Shown here: positions 23,931 to 33,461 of the stretch, piece by piece
Numbering within the stretch: the stretch's first letter is position 1
How the letters are laid out: each line of letters starts with the position of its first letter
Assembly (NCBI GenBank): GCA_943354905.1
Contig: CALRDL010000003.1
Location: forward strand, 1 to 63,154
DNA length: 63,154 bases
Source of the DNA: Candidatus Nomurabacteria bacterium
GTDB taxonomy: Bacteria; Patescibacteriota; Minisyncoccia; Phycocordibacterales; UBA9973
Direction: 5' to 3'
Notes under the pieces: generated by a model
Told to the model about the DNA's origin: nothing
The model's database searches: none
The model's input: only the letters and a program-made list of their open reading frames with translations
Translations under genes and position numbers: made by a program

Positions 23931-25325
23931 CTATTTTTTCTTTCCGGACACCTTTCCTCCAAAAGATGTTACAAAATCATCATGCATTTTTTTGAGTTCG
24001 GTTGTGGAAAGTTTACCGAACACGACCTGCGCCTCTTCTGAATTTTTTTTAAAATAAATATCTTTTTCTAAAATTTCGGGATGAACTTTGAATGCATGGT
24101 CATTAATACCGAGTAGATAAAGTCCAGAAAGTCTCCGTACCCGAGAAAGAGCTACATATCCCTGACCAAATTCAAAGACTTGTGAGAGATCCATCACGGC
24201 AGCATCTAGACTCATACCCTGACTCTTGTGGACGGTCATAGCCCAAGCCAAGCGAAGAGGAATCTGGGTGATCTGGGCTCGACTCTTTCCATTTTCTTCC
24301 ACACTCCAATCCATAGGTGCCACAGTAATGCTGTAACCATTTTTGGTTTTAATTACTGGGTGACCACTAAATTCATCAAACTCAGTCACAACACCAAGTG
24401 TACCATTCACAAATCTTTCTTTTTGATTATTTTTAGTACACATAACCACTGCTCCAATTTTTAATTCTAAATTTTCTGGTGACAGACATCCTTTTTTTAA
24501 AGTCTCAATCATTTTTTCATTACCATCTCCCGACATTTGAAAACATTTCACTTCATCTTCGAGTTTAGCAAGCTCGGTATTGTTCACTCGATCTACATCC
24601 AAATTATGCGAATATAGTTTGGTAATATTTTCCGGCATATCGCCCCAATCTATTTGTCTTTCTTTTATATGTTTAAAATGTTTTTCAGAAATATTATTAC
24701 TCCGAATAGCCGAAAGAACTGAGAGAAGATCCTTGTCATCTTGGCGATGCTGTTCAGACAAATAACACACCACAAACCTAGCCCTGTCCCAAGCTCCGCT
24801 ATTGTATGCAAAATTCCCCACAAGTCCGACTTGTGGGATAAGTGAATTTTGTTTTTCACTATATTCCTTCTCTCTAAAATCTTTTTTAACAATCGGTGGT
24901 AATTGAAAAAAATCTCCAACAAGAACAACTTGCATCCCGCCAAAGGCTTCGCTTTTTTGTTTTATTTCTCGACAAACTAGATCAACCATATCCAGCATGC
25001 CATGAGAAAGCATAGAAACTTCATCAATAATTAAAACTTTTGTGCGATTAACTCTCTTTACAATATATTCACTGCTAGCAATTTTATCTAGATCGTATTT
25101 ATCTAATTTATTTTTTATTCCAATACCACTCCACGAATGGATAGTCATACCCCCGATATGGGTAGCAGCAATACCAGTCGAAGCTGTTACAGCTAAATCT
25201 ATATCACGATCACGCAAATAATTCACCAAATTATTTATCGTGTGAGTTTTCCCAGCACCGGGTTCACCAGTCAAGAAAACATTCGCACCAGTTTTTAAAA
25301 TGTTCAAAGCTTGCTCTTGAGTCAT
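23931..25325 (-). CDS. PIF1/RecD-like superfamily 1 DNA helicase
   Basis: Walker A FLTGEPGAGKTH, LIIDEVSM and VHKSQG motifs. Confidence 0.8.
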   Translation of the reverse strand: MTQEQALNILKTGANVFLTGEPGAGKTHTINNLVNYLRDRDIDLAVTASTGIAATHIGGMTIHSWSGIGIKNKLDKYDLDKIASSEYIVKRVNRTKVLIIDEVSMLSHGMLDMVDLVCREIKQKSEAFGGMQVVLVGDFFQLPPIVKKDFREKEYSEKQNSLIPQVGLVGNFAYNSGAWDRARFVVCYLSEQHRQDDKDLLSVLSAIRSNNISEKHFKHIKERQIDWGDMPENITKLYSHNLDVDRVNNTELAKLEDEVKCFQMSGDGNEKMIETLKKGCLSPENLELKIGAVVMCTKNNQKERFVNGTLGVVTEFDEFSGHPVIKTKNGYSITVAPMDWSVEENGKSRAQITQIPLRLAWAMTVHKSQGMSLDAAVMDLSQVFEFGQGYVALSRVRRLSGLYLLGINDHAFKVHPEILEKDIYFKKNSEEAQVVFGKLSTTELKKMHDDFVTSFGGKVSGKKK

Positions 25326-25338
25326 GTAACATATATTA

Positions 25339-27015
25339 CTACATTTTCTCCGGTGACTCTATTCCAAGAAGATGTAGGCCTTTTTTCATTACAAAAGTAA
25401 AAGCAAATGTAAGAGCCACAAAGTAACCAGAATTTTTATCTTCTTTATTTACTATGACATTGTTGCCATAAAAGCTATTGAAAGATCTTGCAATTTCGAT
25501 CAAATAATTTGCTATATAGTGGGGTTCATATTCACGTACTCCTCGTTCTACAACCTCCGGGAATCTATATAAAAGTTTTTCTATTTCAAATATTTCAGTA
25601 GAATCAGAATGTGGATCTGGTAAAATATTTTCCTTAGTTGCTCTCTCCAAGACTGACCTCGCTCGAGCATAAGAGTATTGTAAGTATGGACCAGAGTCAC
25701 CTTCGAAAGAAATCGAAGTTTCAAAATCATAAGCAATATCTCCCACAGTAGATTGTTTTAAAATGGAATATTTAATAGCTGAAACTCCGACTTGCTGTGA
25801 AATTTTCTTCTTGAAATCTTCATCCCAATCACGATCTTTCACTTTTTCGGAAACCAGAGCGATAGTGTCATTGATAAGCAATTCACCAGTCACAATATTT
25901 CCTTTTCGGGAACCCATTTTTCCAGTTGCAAAACGCATCATACCATGGGTTATGTGTTTCATCTTATCTGTGTATTCTGGATAGATAAGATAAATAGCTT
26001 TAGTGACGACACGCATATAGTCGAGTTGTTCATTTGCTGTGACAACAACAGAAAGATTCATATCGGGTTTTATTTTAAATTTTTCTACTGTAAGTCCTAG
26101 TTCTTTGGTCTCATAAGTCGGCAAGTCTTGTGAAGTTATAAAAACCCGAGTATGAAGTTTCGGCTGATTTTCTTTGTTATATTCTTCAGCTTTGAAAACT
26201 ATCGCCCCTTCTGATTCTTGAAATATTTTTTTATTTTCTTTAACTATCTCTAAACCAAAATCGGCAACTTTACTTTCTAAAAAATAATAGTCAAACTTTG
26301 TCCCCAGCAATTTATAAAAATCCTCAAATGCCTCCATAGTCACTTTGAATCCCCAGTCGTAGATAGAATTTATTTTGTCATCACTTCGATGATATATTTT
26401 TTTATTTATTTCATCGATTTCTTTCTTGGCTTCAGGATTATCTTCGTAAGCTCCTGCACCAAAGACATAGGCATTGCCTATGTTGCTCGCCTGCACATCG
26501 TGAGATCCTACTTGCTCTTGTAAATTTTCATTTTTCAAAAGTCCGTATATAGCTCTAGCCACATGAAGCCCGACATCACCTTGATAATTTGCCCTGAAAA
26601 CTTCTGCGCCAGAAACCTCTAAAATTCTAGCGACTGATTCACCGATAGTATTCGTCATTAGATGTCCGATGTGAAATGGCTTGAAAGGATTTGGGTCAGT
26701 ATATTCCACCATTATTTTCTTTCCAAGATATAAATTATTCTTTCCAAAATTCTTATTATTTAAAATCTCTTCAACACTCCCATGAAAAAATTTGGGTGAT
26801 AAATAGAAATTTATAAATCTTCCTGCCACTTCTATTTTTCCGATTTGTTCTCGCAAATCGCCCTGAGCTTGTCGAAGGGTCTCAGCATCTTTCTCTGCGT
26901 TTTCTGGAGACACAACAAAAGCGTAGTCGCCATTTTTTATATCTTTTGGATGCATCAAAACAACATCCTTGATATCTAAAATTTCCTTTATCCAATTTTT
27001 AATTTTATTTTGCAT
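25339..27015 (-). CDS. argS: Arginyl-tRNA synthetase
   Basis: DPNPFKPFHIGHLM (HIGH), a C-terminal anticodon-binding region and a terminal M. The start is taken at MQNKIKNW. Confidence 0.9.
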   Translation of the reverse strand: MQNKIKNWIKEILDIKDVVLMHPKDIKNGDYAFVVSPENAEKDAETLRQAQGDLREQIGKIEVAGRFINFYLSPKFFHGSVEEILNNKNFGKNNLYLGKKIMVEYTDPNPFKPFHIGHLMTNTIGESVARILEVSGAEVFRANYQGDVGLHVARAIYGLLKNENLQEQVGSHDVQASNIGNAYVFGAGAYEDNPEAKKEIDEINKKIYHRSDDKINSIYDWGFKVTMEAFEDFYKLLGTKFDYYFLESKVADFGLEIVKENKKIFQESEGAIVFKAEEYNKENQPKLHTRVFITSQDLPTYETKELGLTVEKFKIKPDMNLSVVVTANEQLDYMRVVTKAIYLIYPEYTDKMKHITHGMMRFATGKMGSRKGNIVTGELLINDTIALVSEKVKDRDWDEDFKKKISQQVGVSAIKYSILKQSTVGDIAYDFETSISFEGDSGPYLQYSYARARSVLERATKENILPDPHSDSTEIFEIEKLLYRFPEVVERGVREYEPHYIANYLIEIARSFNSFYGNNVIVNKEDKNSGYFVALTFAFTFVMKKGLHLLGIESPEKM

Positions 27016-27445
27016 TTGATTTAGAGCCAGTCGAACCAAACCCCCCTCGGCTACTAGAATCCATAGTATCAGTTTCTATCCATTCTGCAATTTCTATTTT
27101 TATAAAAACACCTTGTCCAAGTCTTTCACCTTTTTCAACTTTTACATCTTCATTTGTTAAATTATAAACTTGTAATAATATCTCATCTGTTTCTCCGCAA
27201 TAATCATTGTCTATATATCCAGTACTAACCAAAAGTCCTTTCTTTTTCAAAGTACTTGATCTGTCCTTGATTTCAAGCATATAGCCCTTTGGCGTAGCAA
27301 TGATGACATTTGTCGGCAAACGCTCCAAGGTTTTCGGAGGAATACTGACATCCACCCGAGAATATAAATCAAAAGCCACAGCTCCACTGGTCTGGTATTC
27401 TGGTAAAGGCAATGTCTTATCTATGCGTTTAATTTTTATTTTCAT
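27005..27445 (-). CDS. dut: dUTP diphosphatase
   Basis: GAVAFDLYS, GYIDNDYCGE and the C-terminal RGGFGSTG motif. Confidence 0.85.
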   Translation of the reverse strand: MKIKIKRIDKTLPLPEYQTSGAVAFDLYSRVDVSIPPKTLERLPTNVIIATPKGYMLEIKDRSSTLKKKGLLVSTGYIDNDYCGETDEILLQVYNLTNEDVKVEKGERLGQGVFIKIEIAEWIETDTMDSSSRGGFGSTGSKSNAK

Positions 27446-27446
27446 A

Positions 27447-27929
27447 TTATTTGAATAAATCGTAATATTTTTTAAAACCCGATACAAACATCTCGGGTTG
27501 TTCTTTTAAAAGTTTTTCTAGTTCATTTTTTGTGAACCATTTAATACTTTCAACTTCTTCGTCTTGTTTCTTGAATGGATAGTCGTGATCAATGCTGGCA
27601 ATAAACCATTGACCGAAAAATTCATGACTTGCCGACGCCCTAATTTTAGGACCTGCAATAGGTTTTAGTCCAATCAATCCTATTTCTTCTTCGGCTTCTT
27701 TTATTATATTTGATTCATAAGTCTCTCCTTCCTCTACCGTTCCCGCCGCAGAAGGTCCCCACAAACCAGGACTTTTTTTCTTACGAAATGACCTTTGAGC
27801 AAGCAAGACATTACCTTCTCTATCTTTCAACCAAAGACCAGTAATCCGTGAAATATCTTTTGGATTTTTTCCCTCTCGCTCTTTATATCCTATTATCTCA
27901 TCCTGCTCATTTACAATTGGAATTTTCAT
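27447..27929 (-). CDS. NUDIX hydrolase
   Basis: GTVEEGETYESNIIKEAEEEIGL Nudix box. Confidence 0.8.
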   Translation of the reverse strand: MKIPIVNEQDEIIGYKEREGKNPKDISRITGLWLKDREGNVLLAQRSFRKKKSPGLWGPSAAGTVEEGETYESNIIKEAEEEIGLIGLKPIAGPKIRASASHEFFGQWFIASIDHDYPFKKQDEEVESIKWFTKNELEKLLKEQPEMFVSGFKKYYDLFK

Positions 27930-27930
27930 A

Positions 27931-28623
27931 TTATTTTTTTAGAATTACCTTCACCTCCTCATAAATCTTTTCGTGAATATTTTCTCTTGTATCTATTTTA
28001 CCATTTTTAGTACAATCTATTTTAACCCAACCCTTTTGGGTCTTAGCCAACCAAAGTGCGCTTTTTATAGAATTTTTCTTAAACTCCACATCCGTCTCGT
28101 GAACATCTTTTTTATTCCCAGCATATGCACGCACAGATTTTTTATTCCTTTCTTTTAATAAAACTTCTACAAATTTTAATGGCAAAGATAAATACAAAAT
28201 TATATCTGGACGAGGAATTTTAAAAACTCCATATTCCATCTCATCCAGCCATTCCAAAAAACTTGCTCGTTTTTTTAAATTCTTGATTTTTCCTCCTTGA
28301 TGAATTTGATTCGCACTGACGTATCTATCGAGCACCACTACATAATCTTGGTCTAAATATTTCTTTATTTCTGCTGAAGATTCAAAGCGATCTGCGGCAT
28401 AAAGCACAGAAACTATTTTTGGATGTACTTTAATAAAATTATAATATTGTTCCGTTAAACAATGCCCGATAAATCCGCCAAAGAAATTTTCGTAGTGCGG
28501 AAAGTGAATATTTTTAACCTTTAAACCCTCTTTTTTAAGTCTTTCCGTTAACAGATCCATCTGCGTACTTTTCCCTGATCCATCCATCCCGTCTATAACT
28601 ATGAGTTTACCTTTTTTTACCAT
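27931..28623 (-). CDS. tmk: Thymidylate (dTMP) kinase
   Basis: IVIDGMDGSGKSTQ P-loop. Confidence 0.85.
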   Translation of the reverse strand: MVKKGKLIVIDGMDGSGKSTQMDLLTERLKKEGLKVKNIHFPHYENFFGGFIGHCLTEQYYNFIKVHPKIVSVLYAADRFESSAEIKKYLDQDYVVVLDRYVSANQIHQGGKIKNLKKRASFLEWLDEMEYGVFKIPRPDIILYLSLPLKFVEVLLKERNKKSVRAYAGNKKDVHETDVEFKKNSIKSALWLAKTQKGWVKIDCTKNGKIDTRENIHEKIYEEVKVILKK

Positions 28624-28635
28624 ATGAGAAATATA

Positions 28636-29046
28636 TCACAAAATGTACTTTTCAAAAACTTCTTTCGCGTATTGATCTATTCCTTCGTGAGTTTTTACTT
28701 CTTCCTTAGTGAGCCACTTAAAAGAACTATGGTCTTCGTCTAAGATAGGTTCACCTTCGATTTGCCCGACATAAGTCAGCCGGACGACATGTTTATCTGG
28801 TCGTAAAATATCTTGAGCAGCTAGCAATTTTGGCTCATCAATTAAGGTTAATTTTGTCTCTTCAAAAACTTCTCTTTTTAAATTTTCCAAAAGTGGAATT
28901 CCGATATCTATGCGCCCACCAACAATATCCCAAGAATTATCTTTCTTGACCTCGGGATATTTTTCCAGATTTCTATGTAATAATAAAAATTTCCCTTCTT
29001 TGTTTTGTAATAAAATCTTCACCCCGACTTGTAATTGTAATTCCAT
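28636..29046 (-). CDS. NUDIX hydrolase
   Basis: GGRIDIGIPLLENLKREVFEETKL Nudix box. Confidence 0.8.
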   Translation of the reverse strand: MELQLQVGVKILLQNKEGKFLLLHRNLEKYPEVKKDNSWDIVGGRIDIGIPLLENLKREVFEETKLTLIDEPKLLAAQDILRPDKHVVRLTYVGQIEGEPILDEDHSSFKWLTKEEVKTHEGIDQYAKEVFEKYIL

Positions 29047-29054
29047 AAAATTAT

Positions 29055-29333
29055 TTAGATAATTCTTTTATAAATTAATTTATAAGCAATAGAACGATGT
29101 CCTATTAATACAACAAAAACTTCATTCTTAGATTCGATAGAAAAAATTATTCTATAATCTCCCACTCTTAAACTTCTCAGTGGATACAAACTCCCATTTA
29201 AATATTTCCCAAAACGAACTGGATCTATGGTAATTTTTTCTTTAAGAATTTTTTGTATTCTTAAAGAATCATCTTTGGATAACTTTGGTATATCGACATC
29301 TACGACTTTCTGATGATAAGTTATCTTGTACAT
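29055..29333 (-). CDS. RelE/ParE-family type II toxin
   Basis: LRSLRVGDYRIIFSI...VFVVLIGHR signature; 92 aa. Confidence 0.75.
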   Translation of the reverse strand: MYKITYHQKVVDVDIPKLSKDDSLRIQKILKEKITIDPVRFGKYLNGSLYPLRSLRVGDYRIIFSIESKNEVFVVLIGHRSIAYKLIYKRII

Positions 29334-29336
29334 ATA

Positions 29337-29561
29337 TTACAGACCCCAAGCCTTTTCATGACTGATATATTTTGATTTTTCTTTATATCTAGTATCAGCT
29401 AACCTCGCCCAAACACTGTCTTCTTCTACCAAAAGAGCACTCTGTAGAAGCTCGGCTGCCTTGGTCGCTTCTGGGACATTATCACGCTTGGCTATTTTAG
29501 ACAAAGCCCAATCTAAGTCCGGAGAGAGAGTAATATTTAATCTTCTTTTTGTTGTTGCCAT
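29337..29561 (-). CDS. Ribbon-helix-helix antitoxin
   Basis: KRRLNITLSPDLDWALSKIAKRDNVP RHH N-terminus. Sits 3 nt upstream of the toxin. Confidence 0.7.
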   Translation of the reverse strand: MATTKRRLNITLSPDLDWALSKIAKRDNVPEATKAAELLQSALLVEEDSVWARLADTRYKEKSKYISHEKAWGL

Positions 29562-29567
29562 ATTTTA

Positions 29568-29587
29568 AGTGTATCAAAAGTGTATCA
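29568..29587. promoter_or_regulatory. Candidate RHH-antitoxin operator (direct repeat agtgtatca x2)
   Basis: agtgtatca at 29568-29576 and 29579-29587, located 7-26 nt upstream of the antitoxin start. Confidence 0.45.
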
Positions 29588-29683
29588 CCCATGTCAAGGA
29601 AAATTTATTTCCCCAATTCTTTTAATGCTTCCTCGGCGTAAAAGCGTACATTTGGGACTAGATCCATTGTATCAAGTTCTTCT

Positions 29684-30106
29684 TTATTTACCCATCAATT
29701 TTAATCCTGTTTCTTCATCATACTTTCTAGTAATTTTCTCTCCCAACCAATCCACTACTACTTCCCCTGTCGCTGAAATTATAAGCTGGTTTATGTGCCC
29801 ACCGAAAGTTTCATATTTTTCATTTGAAAAAATCCCATGCATATGAGGCAAAATTTCTTCTTCTAGAAAAGCAATATTGCCAGTCACCGAAACTATTTCT
29901 ATATGTTTTTGGTCAAAAACCTTACTTTGGTATTTTTTATTTTTCAAATCGTAATATGAAAGATCAACCATAGAGCAAGCTCCAATAATAGAAAAAGTAA
30001 AAGATTTGTCCCGTTTTTTGGCAAAAGTTTGCAAAACTTCAAAACAATCTTCACCTTTGTCCAGCCTTACGATACTTTTTTCTTTTGAGTCAAAGATAAT
30101 TTGCAT
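29684..30106 (-). CDS. PPC/DUF296 domain protein
   Basis: Pattern VRLDKGEDCFEVLQTFAKK...IIGACSMVDLSYYD...HMHGIF. Confidence 0.65.
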   Translation of the reverse strand: MQIIFDSKEKSIVRLDKGEDCFEVLQTFAKKRDKSFTFSIIGACSMVDLSYYDLKNKKYQSKVFDQKHIEIVSVTGNIAFLEEEILPHMHGIFSNEKYETFGGHINQLIISATGEVVVDWLGEKITRKYDEETGLKLMGK

Positions 30107-30111
30107 AATTT

Positions 30112-31356
30112 TTACACAAACTTCTTAGGTATCGGAAACTTTTTGGCTAATTTTATTATTTCTTTATGCACTACATCTTTTACTTTTTTATTATCTTTAT
30201 TTTTTAAAACTTTAATCATCAATTCTGCGACCATTTTACAATCTTTCTCTTTAAATCCACGAGTAGTAATCGCTGGTGTGCCAAAACGAATTCCCGAAGG
30301 GTCCATAGGACGCCTTGTATCATCTGCAATAGAATTCATATTTAATGTAATACCAACTTCATCGAGTACAGTTTGAGCTTCTTTGCCTGTGACTCCGAGA
30401 GAGCCGAATACATCTGCTAAGATAAGATGATTATCAGTGCCGCCGCCAATCATACGAATTTTTTCTTTATGGAAAACTTTTTCCATCGCTTTGGCATTTT
30501 TTAAAATTTGTTTTGCATAAGTTTTAAATTTTGGTGTCATTGCTTCACCAAAAGCTACGGCTTTGGCCGCGATAGTGTCCATATGCGGTCCACCTTGAAT
30601 ACCCGGGAAAATAGCTTTATCAATTTTCTTGGCAATATCTTCATTTTCTCGAGTCAAAATAAGTCCACCTCTTGGACCTCGCAATGTCTTGTGGGTAGTA
30701 GAAGTGATAATATCAAAACCATCGTCAAATGGATTACGAAGGACGCCGGCGGCAATGAGTCCAGCAATATGTGCCATATCTGCCATAGTGACTGCTCCCA
30801 CCTCGCGAGCAATCTCTACGAACTTTTTATAATCAAGGGTTCTAGAATAAGCCGAGAATCCAGCTAAAATTATTTTGGGTTTATGTTCCAGCGCCACACG
30901 GCGAAGATCTTCGTAATCTATCTCGCCTGTTTCTGGATCTTTCATCTTATAAGTAACAAATTTATAAATCTTGGCCGGTAAAGTCATCGGATGTCCGTGA
31001 GTCAAATGCCCTCCATGTGACAAATCCATACCGAGAACTGTATCTCCGGGTTCTAAAAGAGCAGCGTACACAGCCAGGTTTGCTGGCGCGCCAGAGTGTG
31101 GTTGTACATTCGCAAATTTACATTTGAAAAGTTTACAAGCACGCCCTATGGCGAGTGTCTCAATCTGATCTGTAAACTCTTGCCCACCGTAATATCTTCT
31201 GCCCGGGTACCCTTCGGAATATTTATTTGTAAACACCGAACCATTAGCTTTTAATACATCCTCGGAAACATAATTCTCGGAAGGAATAAGCTCCAAACCC
31301 TCTCTCTGCCTCTTCTCCTCGCCTTTTATTAAAGCTTCTACTTTTTTATCATACAT
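30112..31356 (-). CDS. glyA: Serine hydroxymethyltransferase
   Basis: LELIPSENY, VQPHSGAPAN and TSTTHKTLRGPRGG (PLP lysine) motifs. Confidence 0.95.
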   Translation of the reverse strand: MYDKKVEALIKGEEKRQREGLELIPSENYVSEDVLKANGSVFTNKYSEGYPGRRYYGGQEFTDQIETLAIGRACKLFKCKFANVQPHSGAPANLAVYAALLEPGDTVLGMDLSHGGHLTHGHPMTLPAKIYKFVTYKMKDPETGEIDYEDLRRVALEHKPKIILAGFSAYSRTLDYKKFVEIAREVGAVTMADMAHIAGLIAAGVLRNPFDDGFDIITSTTHKTLRGPRGGLILTRENEDIAKKIDKAIFPGIQGGPHMDTIAAKAVAFGEAMTPKFKTYAKQILKNAKAMEKVFHKEKIRMIGGGTDNHLILADVFGSLGVTGKEAQTVLDEVGITLNMNSIADDTRRPMDPSGIRFGTPAITTRGFKEKDCKMVAELMIKVLKNKDNKKVKDVVHKEIIKLAKKFPIPKKFV

Positions 31357-31371
31357 GGTTTTAGTATATCA

Positions 31372-32019
31372 TTATTTTAATTTTTGATTATTTTGTCTTT
31401 TAAAATTTTTATTTGAAACTACTGAACGCTTAAGTTGTTTTTCTAAATTTTTCCTAGCAACTCCTGCTACATTGCCACCTCTTTTTGCATCTTGTTTAAG
31501 TTTAACTACACCTTTGGAATTTTCATTTTTATGAATTTCAGTCGTTGATCTCTCGCCGAGCATATTAAATATCAATTCAAAATCATCCATATGATCTCGT
31601 AAATTTTCTCTTTTTAAACCTTTTAATTTATATAAAATTCTAGTGCGTTTTGTTGCCAACTCCGGATTTTCAATCTCTTGCACTCGCTCATAGCCAACTT
31701 TAGCAAGCCATCTTTTAAAAGGTTCAGCTTTAGATGATGGAATCGATTGTATAATACGAAATATACCTTCAGTGTCTGCGCAGTCAGTTTCTCGCATCTT
31801 GCCATCAGGGGCCAGCAATTTCAACTGTCGACAAATTGTCGACAGTTGAAACTCGTCTTCGCCTTTAACACGAACCTTGAGACGATACCAATAATCATTA
31901 GCATCAGCGCTATCAGTAAGTACTTCAATAACATCGACAACCGAAAACCACCATTCATTATTGAATAATGTTTTCCTTATTTTTTTACCCTTAAATAAAG
32001 CAATTTGCACTGTTTCCAT
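31372..32019 (-). CDS. Bro-N/antirepressor-like DNA-binding domain protein
   Basis: NNEWWFSVVDVIEVLTDS...KAEPFKRWLAKVGYERVQE resembles the Bro-N/DinD family. Confidence 0.6.
   Translation of the reverse strand: METVQIALFKGKKIRKTLFNNEWWFSVVDVIEVLTDSADANDYWYRLKVRVKGEDEFQLSTICRQLKLLAPDGKMRETDCADTEGIFRIIQSIPSSKAEPFKRWLAKVGYERVQEIENPELATKRTRILYKLKGLKRENLRDHMDDFELIFNMLGERSTTEIHKNENSKGVVKLKQDAKRGGNVAGVARKNLEKQLKRSVVSNKNFKRQNNQKLK
31819..31851. repeat. Perfect 33-nt palindrome inside the Bro-N gene
   Basis: tttcaactgtcgacaa-a-ttgtcgacagttgaaa. It has 16-bp arms and two GTCGAC sites, and encodes FQLSTICRQLKL. Confidence 0.95.
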
Positions 32020-32092
32020 ATTTAAAATATATCACAAAAACCAAGAAAAAAGAAAACTGTAGACGTCGGACGTCTCCAAGTAAGAAAGATCT

Positions 32093-32104
32093 CCCCCCCC
32101 CCCC
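32093..32104. repeat. C12 homopolymer in a divergent intergenic region
   Basis: 12 consecutive C, counted across the line break 32093-32104. The tract lies between the Bro-N start (32019) and the plus-strand membrane gene (32235). Confidence 0.95.
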
Positions 32105-32234
32105 AACCCTATGCGTAAGATTCGCTTTTGGATTTTTGGCGGTCGGCTAAAATGTGATAAAATTGACAATATCTGATATACTGAATCTACAAAGTCGAGA
32201 TGATAATGTATTTTATCAAAAATAATCACACTTT

Positions 32235-32723
32235 ATGGAAACAGACAAAAGACCTTTTTATATTTGGATAATGGTGCTACTTATAAACATTGGCACAGTG
32301 CTTTCTATTGTGTTAATAAACATTCCTGATTCAGGTTGGGGTAATTTTGGATGGTACACCTTATTAGAAGATCTGTCAATTAATTTGATTATTCTAGGTA
32401 TTTCTCTTTTTGTGTCAATCGTTTCAATCCTTATTGCTAAATCAAATAGTAGATTGAAGAATTACTTTGGATACGGCATTCCAGTTTTACTATTACTACC
32501 ACTTCCATATTTTATTCAGGATTACTTCATATGTACTGGTAAATTCTGCCAACTTGGTGCAATCATTTTCGGCTTTGGCTTTGGATTATCAGCAGTTATT
32601 TTTGCTATTTTCTACACCATAGGTATATACGCTAGAAAATTGAATATAAAATTTATTTTGTCTGTAATATGGATTGAAATAATTTTGTTTATAGGTTCTG
32701 CTTTATACTTTGGTTTGAATTAA
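32235..32723 (+). CDS. Polytopic membrane protein (hypothetical)
   Basis: 162 aa with about 5 hydrophobic helices. Confidence 0.6.
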   Translation: METDKRPFYIWIMVLLINIGTVLSIVLINIPDSGWGNFGWYTLLEDLSINLIILGISLFVSIVSILIAKSNSRLKNYFGYGIPVLLLLPLPYFIQDYFICTGKFCQLGAIIFGFGFGLSAVIFAIFYTIGIYARKLNIKFILSVIWIEIILFIGSALYFGLN

Positions 32724-32729
32724 AAATTA

Positions 32730-33398
32730 TCATTGGATATGATACCCAATAATTTCAAAATCATCTGGATTATTTACAGTTGCCCAAAATAAATAATCAG
32801 GTGTAATTATTTTTGGCACATTTTCAGCACTAATAATTTTTTCATCAAGTAATTGTTTGAAAATAAGGTCAGCACAAGTTGCTCTTTTATACCCTTGCTT
32901 TGGAAGTCCAAATATATAATCTGGATCTTCTGCTATATTTCTTAAGTTGATTTTTATAATATCTAATTTTGAAGAATAATTTTTAGGTCTAATGATAACG
33001 AAACTGTCTATATCATTATTGAACCAATCACTTTTTGATAATGTTACAAGTTGAATATCATCCTCGGGATTTTTTTCTGTACCAACAGCTTCCACGATCT
33101 GATCACTGCCTAAATAAAAAGCAGAGTGTGTAAAGTAAGGATTAACTAATTTATCAACAAGCCCTGTGCGTGAAGTGATATATCTGCGGATTAAAATATC
33201 ACCGGGCAATAATTTACAATCACTTATTTTTTTACATTGAAGCTTGGTGTCGACCAAAGAGCTAGAAATTTCATCTGACGATAATCGAAAAATACCATTG
33301 TAAAATAGATAACCTATGTAAAGACTATGTATAATGAAAAATGAAATACTTCCAATTATAACTATTAGTAATAATTTTAAAATAAATTTTTTAGACAT
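32730..33398 (-). CDS. Membrane-anchored protein, possibly a YiiX/permuted-papain (NlpC/P60-like) hydrolase
   Basis: N-terminal TM helix. The pattern LLPGDILIRR...THSAFYLG...EAVG...ATCADLIF resembles the permuted C92 family. The call is weak. Confidence 0.35.
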   Translation of the reverse strand: MSKKFILKLLLIVIIGSISFFIIHSLYIGYLFYNGIFRLSSDEISSSLVDTKLQCKKISDCKLLPGDILIRRYITSRTGLVDKLVNPYFTHSAFYLGSDQIVEAVGTEKNPEDDIQLVTLSKSDWFNNDIDSFVIIRPKNYSSKLDIIKINLRNIAEDPDYIFGLPKQGYKRATCADLIFKQLLDEKIISAENVPKIITPDYLFWATVNNPDDFEIIGYHIQ

Positions 33399-33461
33399 TT
33401 TCTATATTATAAATGAATTTATATAATTTCCAAAGGTTATATGAAAACGGAAGAAATGAGT

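Noticed and set aside
32032-32229. 65-aa minus-strand ORF spanning the C12 tract
   Set aside because: Its reading frame runs through the homopolymer (GLGGGGD) in a divergent promoter region. It has no SD or conservation cues and is probably spurious.
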